Assembly: GCA_963839475.1 (NCBI GenBank)
Contig: CAWIVH010000021.1
Coordinates: forward strand, 585,265-649,264
Reading direction: 5' to 3'
DNA: 64,000 bases
From: an uncultured Acidobacteriota bacterium
GTDB lineage: Bacteria > Acidobacteriota > UBA6911
The notes beneath the pieces were generated by a model. That model was not told the origin of the DNA, did no database searches, and was given only the letters and a program-made list of their open reading frames with translations. Positions 28,809 through 38,798 of this stretch are shown in pieces (position 1 is the first letter of the stretch; every line of letters begins with the position of its first letter). Made by a program: the position numbers and the translations under genes.

Positions 28809-29711
28809 CTACCGCCTCATCGGCTTTTCGCTTCCCATGCCTTTGAGGTACGGCCCCCGACTGCCGTTCGGTAAAATGGTGTTGGAGGAAGTGTGGGCGC
28901 CGCTCAATTGGTTCGGAGTGAGCCCCCGCGCGCCATCCAGGGCGGTACCGCGGAAATCGGTCATTCCCAGATTTGTTCCCTCAAAAATGGCTCCAACCAG
29001 AATCGCGTATGAAAAATCAACTCCGGACAGGTTGGCGTTGGCGAAGTTAGAACGTGAATAGTCCGATTTATAGAAATTGGCCTGGCTGAGATTGGCACCA
29101 GAAAAAACTGCACCATCTCCGTTGGTACCGCGGAAGTCGCAGCTCTGTGTAATGGCGCTGGAGAAATTGCTCAATGCCAGTCGCGCCCCGGTGAATCTCC
29201 CGGATTGAATTTTAGCTCCCCGGAACGAAGTCTTTTCGAGGTCGGCATCCGCGAAATTGCAGTTGAATAATTGGGAATGGTTGAACTGCGCCGATTTCAG
29301 AATCGCACCCGCAAAATCGCAGTCGAACATCTTACCGTCGAAAACCCGGCACTCGCGAAGGACGGCGCCGCAAAGCCTGGTATGCTCCATTCGCGTTTCG
29401 CACAGGTTAGCTTCGCCGAGGATGCAATTCTGAAGGTTTGCCCCGCTCAGATCCGCTCCCGTCAGATCGACGTGGTACATCGTGGCCCCACGGAGATCGG
29501 CACCCCGCAAATCGGCTCCGCTTAGGTCCGCATGAGACAAATTAGCCTCGATGAGCGAAAGGCTCGCCAAATTGGCTCGGCGCAAGTTGGCTTTTTGCAG
29601 ATCGCCTCTGTTCAGAAATCCACGACTTAAATCAGCCCTCACCCCGCCTTTGCCGGATAGCCATGCCACATGTGAATCCAAAACCGCCGCAATCGATTGT
29701 CCTCTGATCAT
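28809..29711 (-). CDS. Pentapeptide-repeat protein
   Basis: Long run of A(D/N)LxG and A.F.G units. Confidence 0.92.
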   Translation of the reverse strand: MIRGQSIAAVLDSHVAWLSGKGGVRADLSRGFLNRGDLQKANLRRANLASLSLIEANLSHADLSGADLRGADLRGATMYHVDLTGADLSGANLQNCILGEANLCETRMEHTRLCGAVLRECRVFDGKMFDCDFAGAILKSAQFNHSQLFNCNFADADLEKTSFRGAKIQSGRFTGARLALSNFSSAITQSCDFRGTNGDGAVFSGANLSQANFYKSDYSRSNFANANLSGVDFSYAILVGAIFEGTNLGMTDFRGTALDGARGLTPNQLSGAHTSSNTILPNGSRGPYLKGMGSEKPMRR

Positions 29712-30015
29712 AATTCTCAGCGCATCCTTGCAGCCGGGTCGACTCGGATCCGGCCAAGATAAAAGTTGAAGTGAAATTCACGGCCGGGATGGCTTATGTT
29801 CCGTCACCGATCGCATCTGCAGGTACCGCGGCGGTCTCATCAGCGCACGCGATAACTACATTCCTAATATTCATATCGAAATATTGATTGAATTCATTAA
29901 CTTTACGATGCTTGCCGATAGAGAGAGGGTGAAAAAGTCGTGTGTTGCTGGACACGGATAGTCCTTTGTGCCACTCTAAGCAGAGCAAGTTTGACAGCGA
30001 GTGTTCCTTTATCCC

Positions 30016-30999
30016 ATGATCGGCGAAAAATTAGGCAGATATACGATAATCGAGGAAATCGGTTCCGGCAGCATGGGAACCGTGTACCGCGCCGGAGACG
30101 GCCTGGATGGCCGTCCGGTCGCGCTGAAGCTTGTCAGAGCAAATGTCCTATATGACGCCGAACGAAGGGAACGATTCCTTCAATGTATGCTCGCGGCCAG
30201 TGAAATCCGTCATCCGGGCATCTGCCCTATTTTGGAAATCGGGGATGATGAAGACGATTTCTTTGTCGTAACTCCCTTTCTGCAGGGCGAAACCCTCGAC
30301 CACGTAATCCGGCATCATGGGACCTCCCTCTCCCAGGCTCTCCGCTATGCGGTTGCTGCAGGTGAAGCACTTCAGGCTGTTCACGCTGCCGGAGCGATTC
30401 ATCGAGCTTTCAAGCCCGCTAATGTCTGGCTGCAGCCCGACGGCTCCGTCATTCTGACAGACTGCGGCCTCGCTCGGTTTACGGAGATTGAGAGCCGAGA
30501 CAAACACCAGGCACGGCTCAATCGGATTGATTGCGCAGACACCATCATACCCATGAGTGCTCTCGCTTACATGAGCCCCGAACAGGTACGAGGGGACGAA
30601 CTCGACCATCGCAGCGACATCTTCTCGTTCGGCGTTGTGCTGTTCGAAATGATGGCAGGCCGCCACCCCTTTGAAGCACGAAATTCGCTGGCTCGAATGA
30701 GTGCGATTCTGGAAGCAGAACCCGTTTTTCCGGCGCTCCGACGAGCCAGCCTTCCCCGGGGCTCAGAAGCGGTAATCTGGAAGGCCCTGTCCAAAAACCC
30801 CGTCGACCGCTATGGAACCATGGAACAGATGCTGGAGCATATCAGGCAGCTTCGTGATGGGGGAGTAAGTCAGGCAGATGCGTTGAACCTGGATGAATCC
30901 CGGGGCCGGGTTCCGAAATCCATGAAGACATCGTTGATCATCGGGGGAGCCGTGCTCGCGGTGGCGTCGTTGTTGTCCTACCTTTTCACGGGCTGTTGA
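30016..30999 (+). CDS. Hanks-type Ser/Thr kinase homolog, probable pseudokinase, with C-terminal TM helix
   Basis: GSGSMGTVY, VALK, YMSPEQ and SDIFSFG kept; HRAFKPAN and DCG replace HRD and DFG. Confidence 0.85.
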   Translation: MIGEKLGRYTIIEEIGSGSMGTVYRAGDGLDGRPVALKLVRANVLYDAERRERFLQCMLAASEIRHPGICPILEIGDDEDDFFVVTPFLQGETLDHVIRHHGTSLSQALRYAVAAGEALQAVHAAGAIHRAFKPANVWLQPDGSVILTDCGLARFTEIESRDKHQARLNRIDCADTIIPMSALAYMSPEQVRGDELDHRSDIFSFGVVLFEMMAGRHPFEARNSLARMSAILEAEPVFPALRRASLPRGSEAVIWKALSKNPVDRYGTMEQMLEHIRQLRDGGVSQADALNLDESRGRVPKSMKTSLIIGGAVLAVASLLSYLFTGC

Positions 31000-31096
31000 T
31001 CCCCCGCCGGTTTTGCCGCGCGAGCCAACCATCTCAAAAATCGAACTGGAAACAGGACCGCCAAAGCGGTTGGTCCTATCGCATTCCGGGGCGCTG

Positions 31097-32110
31097 ATGC
31101 GAAAAATCTCAATTGCCGTGATCGGATTGGGCAACGTTGCGAGGTCCTTTCTGCGATTTTGCCTGCGCGAGGGCGAAGCTGCCCTGCCCTTCCACTTTGC
31201 GGGTCTTGCCGACAGGAGTGGGGCCGTATACCTCCCGGAAGGCACCGATTTTGAAGCGCTTTTAAAGAAAAAAACCGCAGGGCAGTCCCTCGCCAAAATC
31301 TTCGGATCGTTGGCTGTCAGACCTGTGGAGGAGTTTCTTGATTCGGCCCCTTCTCGTTCAGTAGATGTTGTGCTGGAATCGCTTCCGACGCTTCTTGAAT
31401 CAGCCCAGCCGGCGCTCAATTTCGTTCTGAAAGCATTATCCGTCCGTATTCCCGTGGTTACGGTGGACAAAGGCCCCTTGATCCATAACTTCAACGCAGT
31501 GATCGAGGCAGCCAAGGCCGCAGGAGTAGGGCTGGAATTCAATGGAACAACGGGCGTTGCTTCGCCGGAGGGATGGAACGGGGCGGAAGTCGTGGAAATT
31601 TCGGGCGTTTTGAACGGCACGACCAACTTCCTGCTTTCCGCAATGGCCGCCGGAGAGCAAGATTTTGACAGATTGATACAGACCGCGCAGGAAGCAGGAA
31701 TCGCCGAGCCGGATCCCTCGTTTGATATTGACGGCTGGGATGCAGCCTGCAAAATCCTCATCCTGGCATCGAAATGGATGGGTTGCCGGGACGGGATCCT
31801 CTCGGTGGACCGAACCGGTATCGGCCCTGAAACATGGCCGGCCGTCCGCAGCGCCGCCCTCCAAGGAAAGGTGTTGCGCCTCATCGCACGAGCTTTACTC
31901 CATGATGGACAGATTGTGCTGTCGGTCCGTCCGGAAGCTCAGGATCCGCAATCTCCCTTTTTTGATGTTTGGGGAACGGACAAATCCGCTGTTTTCCGCA
32001 CCAGGCACCATGGCGATTTCCTGGTTGGAGCGCGCTCAGGCCGAGATGAAATCGCCGGCGTTATTTGCCGGGACATACTCCGCGTCTGCCCTCCTGTGGA
32101 TCATTCCTGA
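31097..32110 (+). CDS. hom: Homoserine dehydrogenase
   Basis: IGLGNVA, VVTVDKGP, GVLNGTTNF, GIAEPDPSFDIDGWDAACK. Confidence 0.85.
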   Translation: MRKISIAVIGLGNVARSFLRFCLREGEAALPFHFAGLADRSGAVYLPEGTDFEALLKKKTAGQSLAKIFGSLAVRPVEEFLDSAPSRSVDVVLESLPTLLESAQPALNFVLKALSVRIPVVTVDKGPLIHNFNAVIEAAKAAGVGLEFNGTTGVASPEGWNGAEVVEISGVLNGTTNFLLSAMAAGEQDFDRLIQTAQEAGIAEPDPSFDIDGWDAACKILILASKWMGCRDGILSVDRTGIGPETWPAVRSAALQGKVLRLIARALLHDGQIVLSVRPEAQDPQSPFFDVWGTDKSAVFRTRHHGDFLVGARSGRDEIAGVICRDILRVCPPVDHS

Positions 32111-32243
32111 AACCATCCTGCCCGCCTGCGCCCCCCATAGGAATCTCTTCCTGCAAAATATGCCGCGGGTTCACGGATCAAGCTGTTTTAGTGAGGTTCG
32201 CATGGTTATAATTGGATTGAGAAACCGATCATGGGAGGTGAAT

Positions 32244-32630
32244 ATGCCGGTTTGCCCGAAATGCAGAGCCGAATACCGTTCCGGTAGCACCACGTGTACT
32301 GATTGCCAGGTCGATCTCGTAGACGTCCTGCCGGCACCGACGCCGGAGGAAGTCCAGGAAGACAATTTGTACAAGCTTGACGAACTCGCTGAACTGGCGG
32401 ATTTCAACACTTTTTCCGAGGCGGAAATGATGCAGGAGATGCTGTCAAGCAATCAGATTGAATCCACCATCCGGGGAGAGAGCGATCAGATCTACGCAGG
32501 TTCTTGGGTCCGGCCGGTTACCCTGTTGGTCGAAAAACACAATCTGGATTCGGCCCGGGAAATATACGAAGCTTATTTTGCCGGCCGGGAGATCCCCGAG
32601 GTTGAACCGCCGGAAGGGGAAGCAGAATAG
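32244..32630 (+). CDS. Zn-ribbon / DUF2007-like protein
   Basis: CPKCRAEY..CTDC; EAEMMQEMLSSNQI; SD GGAGG. Confidence 0.75.
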   Translation: MPVCPKCRAEYRSGSTTCTDCQVDLVDVLPAPTPEEVQEDNLYKLDELAELADFNTFSEAEMMQEMLSSNQIESTIRGESDQIYAGSWVRPVTLLVEKHNLDSAREIYEAYFAGREIPEVEPPEGEAE

Positions 32631-32697
32631 AGGCTGGCTTCTTTTTACCGCCAGAAGGTCCTGGGTTCAAGATCGGTCACATGGGGGATGGTTAAAT

Positions 32698-32892
32698 ATG
32701 ATCCGCTTCCTTCTCTGGTGCATTTTGTTCGTACTGTGCTGGCCGCTCGCCCTGCTGGCTCTGATACTCTATCCCCTGGTCTGGCTTCTCATGCTCCCCT
32801 TTCGCATTGTCGGAATCGCCGTAGGTGGGGTCTTAGACCTTATATGGGCGATTGTCACACTTCCCGCCCGGATTATTAAAAAGCTGGCCTGA
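32698..32892 (+). CDS. Small hydrophobic membrane protein (64 aa)
   Basis: MIRFLLWCILFVLCWPLALLALILYPLVWLL...; lies directly before kgd. Confidence 0.7.
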   Translation: MIRFLLWCILFVLCWPLALLALILYPLVWLLMLPFRIVGIAVGGVLDLIWAIVTLPARIIKKLA

Positions 32893-32909
32893 TCGGAAAG
32901 CAAAAAACA

Positions 32910-35900
32910 ATGGATGATCGTTTGACCGTGCCGAGTGAAATCAGCGAGTCGCAAAAACCGGATGAAAACATTAGTGCTCCAGCGCCCCAGCCGGATGAGG
33001 AATTGGTACCCATCCGCGGAGGCCAGCTCCGGGTGGTCGAAAATATGGAAGCCAGCCTCGCCGTTCCAACGGCCACCTCGTACCGCTCCATCCCGGTGAA
33101 GCTCCTGGAAGAAAACCGGAGGATCATCAACGCCCATATGGAGCGAAGCAATCGCGGGAAAGTTTCATTCACTCATTTGATCGCCTGGGCCATCGTATGC
33201 TCCTTGCGTCAGTTCCCTTCCCTGAATGCCACCCACGAGGTGATGGATGGCATCCCTCACCGTCGGATGCGCCGGAATCTGAACCTCGGGGTGGCCGTTG
33301 ATATTGAGCGCAAAGACGGAACGCGAACCCTATTGGTCCCGAATATCAAGAATGCGGGTGGGCTCTCATTCCCTGATTTCCTCCGCGCTTTTGACGGAAC
33401 GATCAGCCGCGCCCGCAGCGGAACGGCGGGACCGGATGAATATCAGGGCACAACGGTAACATTGACGAATCCGGGCACGGTCGGAACCCTCTCTTCCCGC
33501 CCCCGCCTGATGCGGGGGCAGGGCGCGATCATCGCCACCGGCACTATAGGCTTTCCTCCTGAGTACCACGCCTGGTCTCCCGGCGCCCTTTCCAGCCTGG
33601 GGCTTTCGAAGGTGATGACGGTCAGCTGCACGTACGATCACCGCATCATCCAGGGTGCGGAATCCGGTGAGTTCCTGGGTCAGGTTCATGACTTTCTTCT
33701 GGGCAAAGAACGATTCTATGAGCGTATTTTCGAGGACTTGAAGCTTCCCGAGGTCCCCATTCAATGGGCTCTCGACCAAAGCCCGGCGTTGCTTGGTTCA
33801 GCCTCCGTGCGCGACGATCTCGAAAAGCAGGTCGGCGTCCTGCAGTTGATCAACTTGTACAGGGTCCGGGGCCACCTGATTGCCAACCTCGATCCCCTGG
33901 CGGAAAGGGCCCGCTATCACGCTGAACTGGACCCCGCCAACTATGGTCTGACCCTGTGGGACCTCGACCGCGAGTTCGTTACCGGCGGCCTGGGCGGAAT
34001 GCAGCGAGGCACCTTGCGGCAGATCCTGGACATACTCAAGCAGACGTACTGCCAGAATATCGGCGTGGAGTACAGACATATCCAGGATTCAGGCGAGAAA
34101 GCATGGCTGCAGGACCGGTTGGAACCGGCGGAAGCACGCGCTCCGCTCGAGGCCAGGATCCGGCTTCAAACGCTCCAGCGATTGGTCGCCGCCGAAGATT
34201 TCGAACGCTACCTGCATACCCGGTTCGTCGGGCACAAACGGTTCGGATTGGAGGGTGCTGAAACCACGATCCCCGTCCTTGCCAAGGTGCTCGCCGAGGG
34301 GGCCAATGCCGATGTGCAGGAAGCGGTGATAGGAATGGCTCACCGCGGCCGTCTGAACGTGCTGGCGAATATCATCGGGAAACCGCTGCCCAAGCTGTTG
34401 TCGGAGTTTGAGGAGAACACCGATCCGCTTGCCACCCAAGGATCGGGTGATGTGAAATATCACCTCGGGTCTTCCGGGCGTTTCCGCTCGGCAGAGGGAA
34501 ATGAAATCTTCGTTTCGGTAGCCCCCAACCCCAGCCACCTCGAATGGGTCAATCCAGTGGTCGAAGGCATTTCCCGGGCAAAGCAGGATCGCCGCGGGGA
34601 TCGGGAACATGAAAAGGTGCTTCCGGTGCTCATTCACGGCGATGCGGCCTTCGCAGGCCAGGGAGTGGTATGGGAAACCATAAACTTCTCCCAACTGCAC
34701 GGCTATCGCACGGGCGGGACGATTCACATCATCATCAACAATCAGATCGGGTTCACAACAACACCCGATGAAGCGAGATCTTCGCAATACGCCACCGATG
34801 TCGCCCGCTCGGTTCAGGCACCGGTCTTTCACGTCAACGGCGACGATCCCGATGCCGCCATCCGGGTGGCCCGCATCGCGTTCGCTTACCGGCAACGTTT
34901 CCGCAAGGACGTCGTAATCGACATCTTTTGCTACCGCCGGCACGGCCACAATGAAGGTGACGAACCAAGCTACACCCAACCGTTGCTTTATAAAAAGATC
35001 AGCGAGCGGCCTTCGGTGGTCGCTCTCTACGCGGAAAAACTGGTGAGGGAAGAGGTGGTGTCCCAAGATGAAGTCCAGCAGCTTCACGCCAGGCTCCAGG
35101 CAGAATACAACCAGGCGTATGAAGCGAGCCTCAAGGGGGATCAGCGTTTCGATCCCGACCTACCCCTTGCCGTATCGGAGGAAGAGCTGAGTGAATTCCA
35201 GCCGACCGGCGGAACCGGCGTTGAGGAGGATACCATCCTGGCGGTGGCCAAAGGCCTGACGAGACTTCCGGACAAATTCCGGCTGCATCCCAAACTCGAG
35301 CCGTTCTTTGCCCGCCGCCGCGAATTGCTCGAGGGAAAAACAGAAGTCGACTGGCCCTACGCCGAAGCTTTGGCGTTCGGGACTCTGATTTTCGAAGGAA
35401 CACCGGTAAGACTGAGCGGTCAGGACAGCGCTCGAGGAACCTTCAGTCAACGGCATCTTGTTTTGCGTGATGTGGAGGACGGCCGGGAGTACATCCCTCT
35501 GAAGAACATCCACCCGCACCAGGCGGCATTCGAGGTATTTGACAGCTCCTTGTCCGAGGCGGCGGTGCTGGGATTCGAATTCGGCTACAGCGTGGCCGAC
35601 CCCTTGAGCCTGGTAATTTGGGAAGCGCAGTTTGGAGATTTTGCCAACAGCGCCCAGGTGATCATCGACAATTTCATTGCAAGCTCCGAAGCCAAATGGC
35701 GGCAGCCCTGCGACCTCGTGATGCTACTGCCCCATGGATACGAAGGCCAGGGTCCCGAACATTCCAGCGCCCGTCTGGAAAGGTTTTTGACGCTCTGCGC
35801 TGAAGACAATATGCGGGTATGCACCCCCACGACAGCGGCCCAATATTTCCACCTCCTGCGCCGCCAGATGCGCGATGCGCAAAGAATACCGCTGGTGGTC

Positions 35901-36374
35901 ATGACCCCCAAAAGCATGCTCCGGCATCCGCGCATGGCGTCCGATCCGAAGCTGCTTACCACTGGCTCATTCGAACTCGTGATCGATGATCCCTATATCC
36001 AGAACAAGAAGGAGGTCCGCCGGCTGCTGCTCTGTTGCGGTAAGGTCTACTATGATCTCCTGCTCGAACGCGAGCGGCGGAAGATCTCCGATGTCGCCAT
36101 CATACGCATAGAGCAGCTCTATCCCTATCCGGACTGGAACATTTCCCAACTGCTCGAAAGCTACTCAAGGTCGGCCGAGGTTGCCTGGGTTCAGGAAGAA
36201 CCGCAAAACATGGGGGGATGGAATTTCATACGGCCCCGTCTCCAGGAGAGCGCAGCCTTCCTCCGCGAGTTCCGGTATATCGGCCGAGTCGCCTCTTCGA
36301 GCCCGTCGACCGGATCGCTCAAAACGCATCGTATGGAACAAACGACTATCCTCAAAACTGCATTCGATTCTTAA
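32910..36374 (+). CDS. kgd: Multifunctional 2-oxoglutarate dehydrogenase (E2 catalytic domain fused to E1; Kgd/OdhA type)
   Basis: YDHRIIQGAESG acyltransferase domain; GMAHRGRLN, GDVKYHLG, GDAAFAGQG, WEAQFGDF, GPEHSS. Confidence 0.93.
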   Translation: MDDRLTVPSEISESQKPDENISAPAPQPDEELVPIRGGQLRVVENMEASLAVPTATSYRSIPVKLLEENRRIINAHMERSNRGKVSFTHLIAWAIVCSLRQFPSLNATHEVMDGIPHRRMRRNLNLGVAVDIERKDGTRTLLVPNIKNAGGLSFPDFLRAFDGTISRARSGTAGPDEYQGTTVTLTNPGTVGTLSSRPRLMRGQGAIIATGTIGFPPEYHAWSPGALSSLGLSKVMTVSCTYDHRIIQGAESGEFLGQVHDFLLGKERFYERIFEDLKLPEVPIQWALDQSPALLGSASVRDDLEKQVGVLQLINLYRVRGHLIANLDPLAERARYHAELDPANYGLTLWDLDREFVTGGLGGMQRGTLRQILDILKQTYCQNIGVEYRHIQDSGEKAWLQDRLEPAEARAPLEARIRLQTLQRLVAAEDFERYLHTRFVGHKRFGLEGAETTIPVLAKVLAEGANADVQEAVIGMAHRGRLNVLANIIGKPLPKLLSEFEENTDPLATQGSGDVKYHLGSSGRFRSAEGNEIFVSVAPNPSHLEWVNPVVEGISRAKQDRRGDREHEKVLPVLIHGDAAFAGQGVVWETINFSQLHGYRTGGTIHIIINNQIGFTTTPDEARSSQYATDVARSVQAPVFHVNGDDPDAAIRVARIAFAYRQRFRKDVVIDIFCYRRHGHNEGDEPSYTQPLLYKKISERPSVVALYAEKLVREEVVSQDEVQQLHARLQAEYNQAYEASLKGDQRFDPDLPLAVSEEELSEFQPTGGTGVEEDTILAVAKGLTRLPDKFRLHPKLEPFFARRRELLEGKTEVDWPYAEALAFGTLIFEGTPVRLSGQDSARGTFSQRHLVLRDVEDGREYIPLKNIHPHQAAFEVFDSSLSEAAVLGFEFGYSVADPLSLVIWEAQFGDFANSAQVIIDNFIASSEAKWRQPCDLVMLLPHGYEGQGPEHSSARLERFLTLCAEDNMRVCTPTTAAQYFHLLRRQMRDAQRIPLVVMTPKSMLRHPRMASDPKLLTTGSFELVIDDPYIQNKKEVRRLLLCCGKVYYDLLLERERRKISDVAIIRIEQLYPYPDWNISQLLESYSRSAEVAWVQEEPQNMGGWNFIRPRLQESAAFLREFRYIGRVASSSPSTGSLKTHRMEQTTILKTAFDS

Positions 36375-36390
36375 AAAGACAAGGAGACGC

Positions 36391-37515
36391 GTGAAAATCG
36401 GCATCACTTGCTACCCGACCTATGGCGGGAGCGGCATCGTAGCAACAGAATTGGGGAAAGAACTGGCGGCGCGCGGTCATGAAATACATTTTATAAGCTA
36501 TGCGCCTCCCCTACGGCTCGATCGTTCAGACCCGGACATCTATTATCATGAAGTTGAGGTGACCACCTATCCCCTCTTCGATCACCCGCCGTACACGCTG
36601 GCCCTCGCAACCAAAATGGCGGAGGTTACAGAACAGGTATCCCTGGACCTGCTCCACTGCCATTACGCCATCCCGCATTCAGTGAGTGCTTTTCTGGCAA
36701 AATCGATGTTGCACCCGCGCAAAGTCCCGGTAGTAACAACCCTTCACGGAACCGATATCACTTTGGTTGGCGCCGACCGCTCCTACCTGCCGATCACCCG
36801 GTTTTCGATCGAGAAGTCGGATGGAGTCACTGCGGTTTCTAAATATTTGAAAGACGCTACCTATAGCACGTTCGGCGTTACCAACGAGATCGAAGTTATT
36901 TACAACTTCGTAAACTGTGACGTCTACAAGCCTGCTGCAGACGGAGAACTCCGTGACAAATTCGCGCCCCGGGGAGAGCATATATTGATCCACCTCTCCA
37001 ATTTTCGAGCCGTTAAACGCCCTGGGGATGTGGTGGAGGTTTTCTCCATGGTTCAAGCCGAGCTGCCGGCAGTCCTTCTAATGGTGGGGGATGGTCCCGA
37101 GCGCAGCAGCGCCGAATGGTCCGTGCGCCATCTTGGCCTTGAAAAAAAGGTGTTTTTCCTTGGTAAGCGACCCAACATCGAAGACCTGATCGCGAGCGCC
37201 GACCTCCTCCTTCTTCCCAGCGAGAATGAATCCTTCGGCCTGGTTGCCTTGGAAGCGATGGCCTGTGAAGTTCCCGTGGTGGTATCCCGCGTCGGCGGAT
37301 TACCGGAAGTGGTGACCGAAGGGGTCGATGGATATCTGGTGGAGCCCCATAATACACGCGCCATGGCCGAGCGGGCGCTCGAAATCCTTTCCGATCCGGC
37401 CAAGCGGGTTGAAATGGGAAGGCGTGCTCGCAGGAGCGCCCGCTCCCGCTTCTGTTCGAGCAAGATCATCCCGCAGTATGAAGCCTTTTACCGCAAAGTG
37501 CTCGCATCTGTTTGA
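36391..37515 (+). CDS. bshA: N-acetyl-alpha-D-glucosaminyl L-malate synthase
   Basis: KIGITCYPTYGGSG, HYAIPH, TTLHGTDITLVG, ESFGLVALEAMAC. Confidence 0.92.
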   Translation: MKIGITCYPTYGGSGIVATELGKELAARGHEIHFISYAPPLRLDRSDPDIYYHEVEVTTYPLFDHPPYTLALATKMAEVTEQVSLDLLHCHYAIPHSVSAFLAKSMLHPRKVPVVTTLHGTDITLVGADRSYLPITRFSIEKSDGVTAVSKYLKDATYSTFGVTNEIEVIYNFVNCDVYKPAADGELRDKFAPRGEHILIHLSNFRAVKRPGDVVEVFSMVQAELPAVLLMVGDGPERSSAEWSVRHLGLEKKVFFLGKRPNIEDLIASADLLLLPSENESFGLVALEAMACEVPVVVSRVGGLPEVVTEGVDGYLVEPHNTRAMAERALEILSDPAKRVEMGRRARRSARSRFCSSKIIPQYEAFYRKVLASV

Positions 37516-37533
37516 TTGCGGCATCCCCAAGGC

Positions 37534-38646
37534 TCAAACTTTCATGAACCTCAGGCAGGATTCAAACACTTCCTCCGGTGAAATGGCGGCCAGACCAAGT
37601 TCCCGATGTGCAGTGTCTTCGGCCCTCAGGACACGAGCCATGGATTCGGAGCAATAGGGTCCGCAGTCTGTTGGAGATTTGCGTGAAAACAAAGCCACCA
37701 GGGGAGTTCCAACAGCGGCCGCAATGTGCATCGGCCCCGTATCGGGTGTGACCAGAAGGCTCATTCGCTTCAGGACTCCCTTGTAGCGGTCAAAATCTGG
37801 CGGGCCGGACAGAATTTGCACGATGCCGCCGCTTTCCTTTGCGATTTCCTCTACCAGGATCCTCTCTTCCGGCAATACATCCATCACGATATTCCAATGC
37901 CTGCCGTTCACCTTCGCATATCGGTGAAGCAAATGCGCCAGCGAAATAAACGAAACCGCAGGCCAGGAACGATGGATCCGGGTATCCCTCTTGCGGAATG
38001 CCGGAGCACCAGCACTGCTGCAGGTCGCGTGAAAGCCGATGACCGTTGCTTCGCCTTCGATTCCACCTGCCTGGTAATAAATCGCAGCCTTTTTCTTCCC
38101 TTCCTCAGTTACAGGCAAGTAAACGTTGAACCTGGGAACAGACACCTCTAGCGCCTTTTCGGCCAACTCGACGCAACATTCACTGTAATGCTGGTTCGGG
38201 GATCGGTTCTCCAGGTAATAAACGGGAGAAGCCAGTGCGCGGAAAAGTCTGCGGAATCGGAGATCGGATTCAAAAACCAGAACCAGGTCGTATCCATGGG
38301 CACGGATACTTTTCAATAGTGCTGCACGCTCCAGGAATCTGCGCACCGGTCCGCCCCGGCTGATATGGAAGGTGGTCAACCGCGGATCGAATCCGGAGAT
38401 AATCCGCTTCCCTTCCGGACCGGTCAGCAAATGGATTTCAGCCTCGGGTTGAACCGCGAAAATAGCTTTCAGAGCCGGAGTGATCATGACCATGTCGCCC
38501 GCGCGGCCGACTCGAACTACCAGAATCCGGCGGATGGATCGCATTATCGGAATCTCCCATTCAACATAGCGCGGATCCCGGTCCCGGATCGGGCGGCTCG
38601 CCGGGGGCTCCGTTCTTTTCGACAAGAATTTCATCATATCATTCAT
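37534..38646 (-). CDS. Glycosyltransferase family 9 (heptosyltransferase-like)
   Basis: GRAGDMVMITPAL; DTGPMHIAAAVGTPLVALF; start uncertain. Confidence 0.85.
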   Translation of the reverse strand: MNDMMKFLSKRTEPPASRPIRDRDPRYVEWEIPIMRSIRRILVVRVGRAGDMVMITPALKAIFAVQPEAEIHLLTGPEGKRIISGFDPRLTTFHISRGGPVRRFLERAALLKSIRAHGYDLVLVFESDLRFRRLFRALASPVYYLENRSPNQHYSECCVELAEKALEVSVPRFNVYLPVTEEGKKKAAIYYQAGGIEGEATVIGFHATCSSAGAPAFRKRDTRIHRSWPAVSFISLAHLLHRYAKVNGRHWNIVMDVLPEERILVEEIAKESGGIVQILSGPPDFDRYKGVLKRMSLLVTPDTGPMHIAAAVGTPLVALFSRKSPTDCGPYCSESMARVLRAEDTAHRELGLAAISPEEVFESCLRFMKV

Positions 38647-38798
38647 GGCCCTCCAACAGCTGAAGTTGAGGCATTTCTCCCAGGGGAGCCGGCGGAAGTC
38701 ATTCCCGTGGATCTCGAAGGCGGGAGCAGCTATGATTCCATGCGGTACCTGGGATGAAATCATTCCGTAAATAGCCTGTAGCTGCAATTGAGGTTGGA

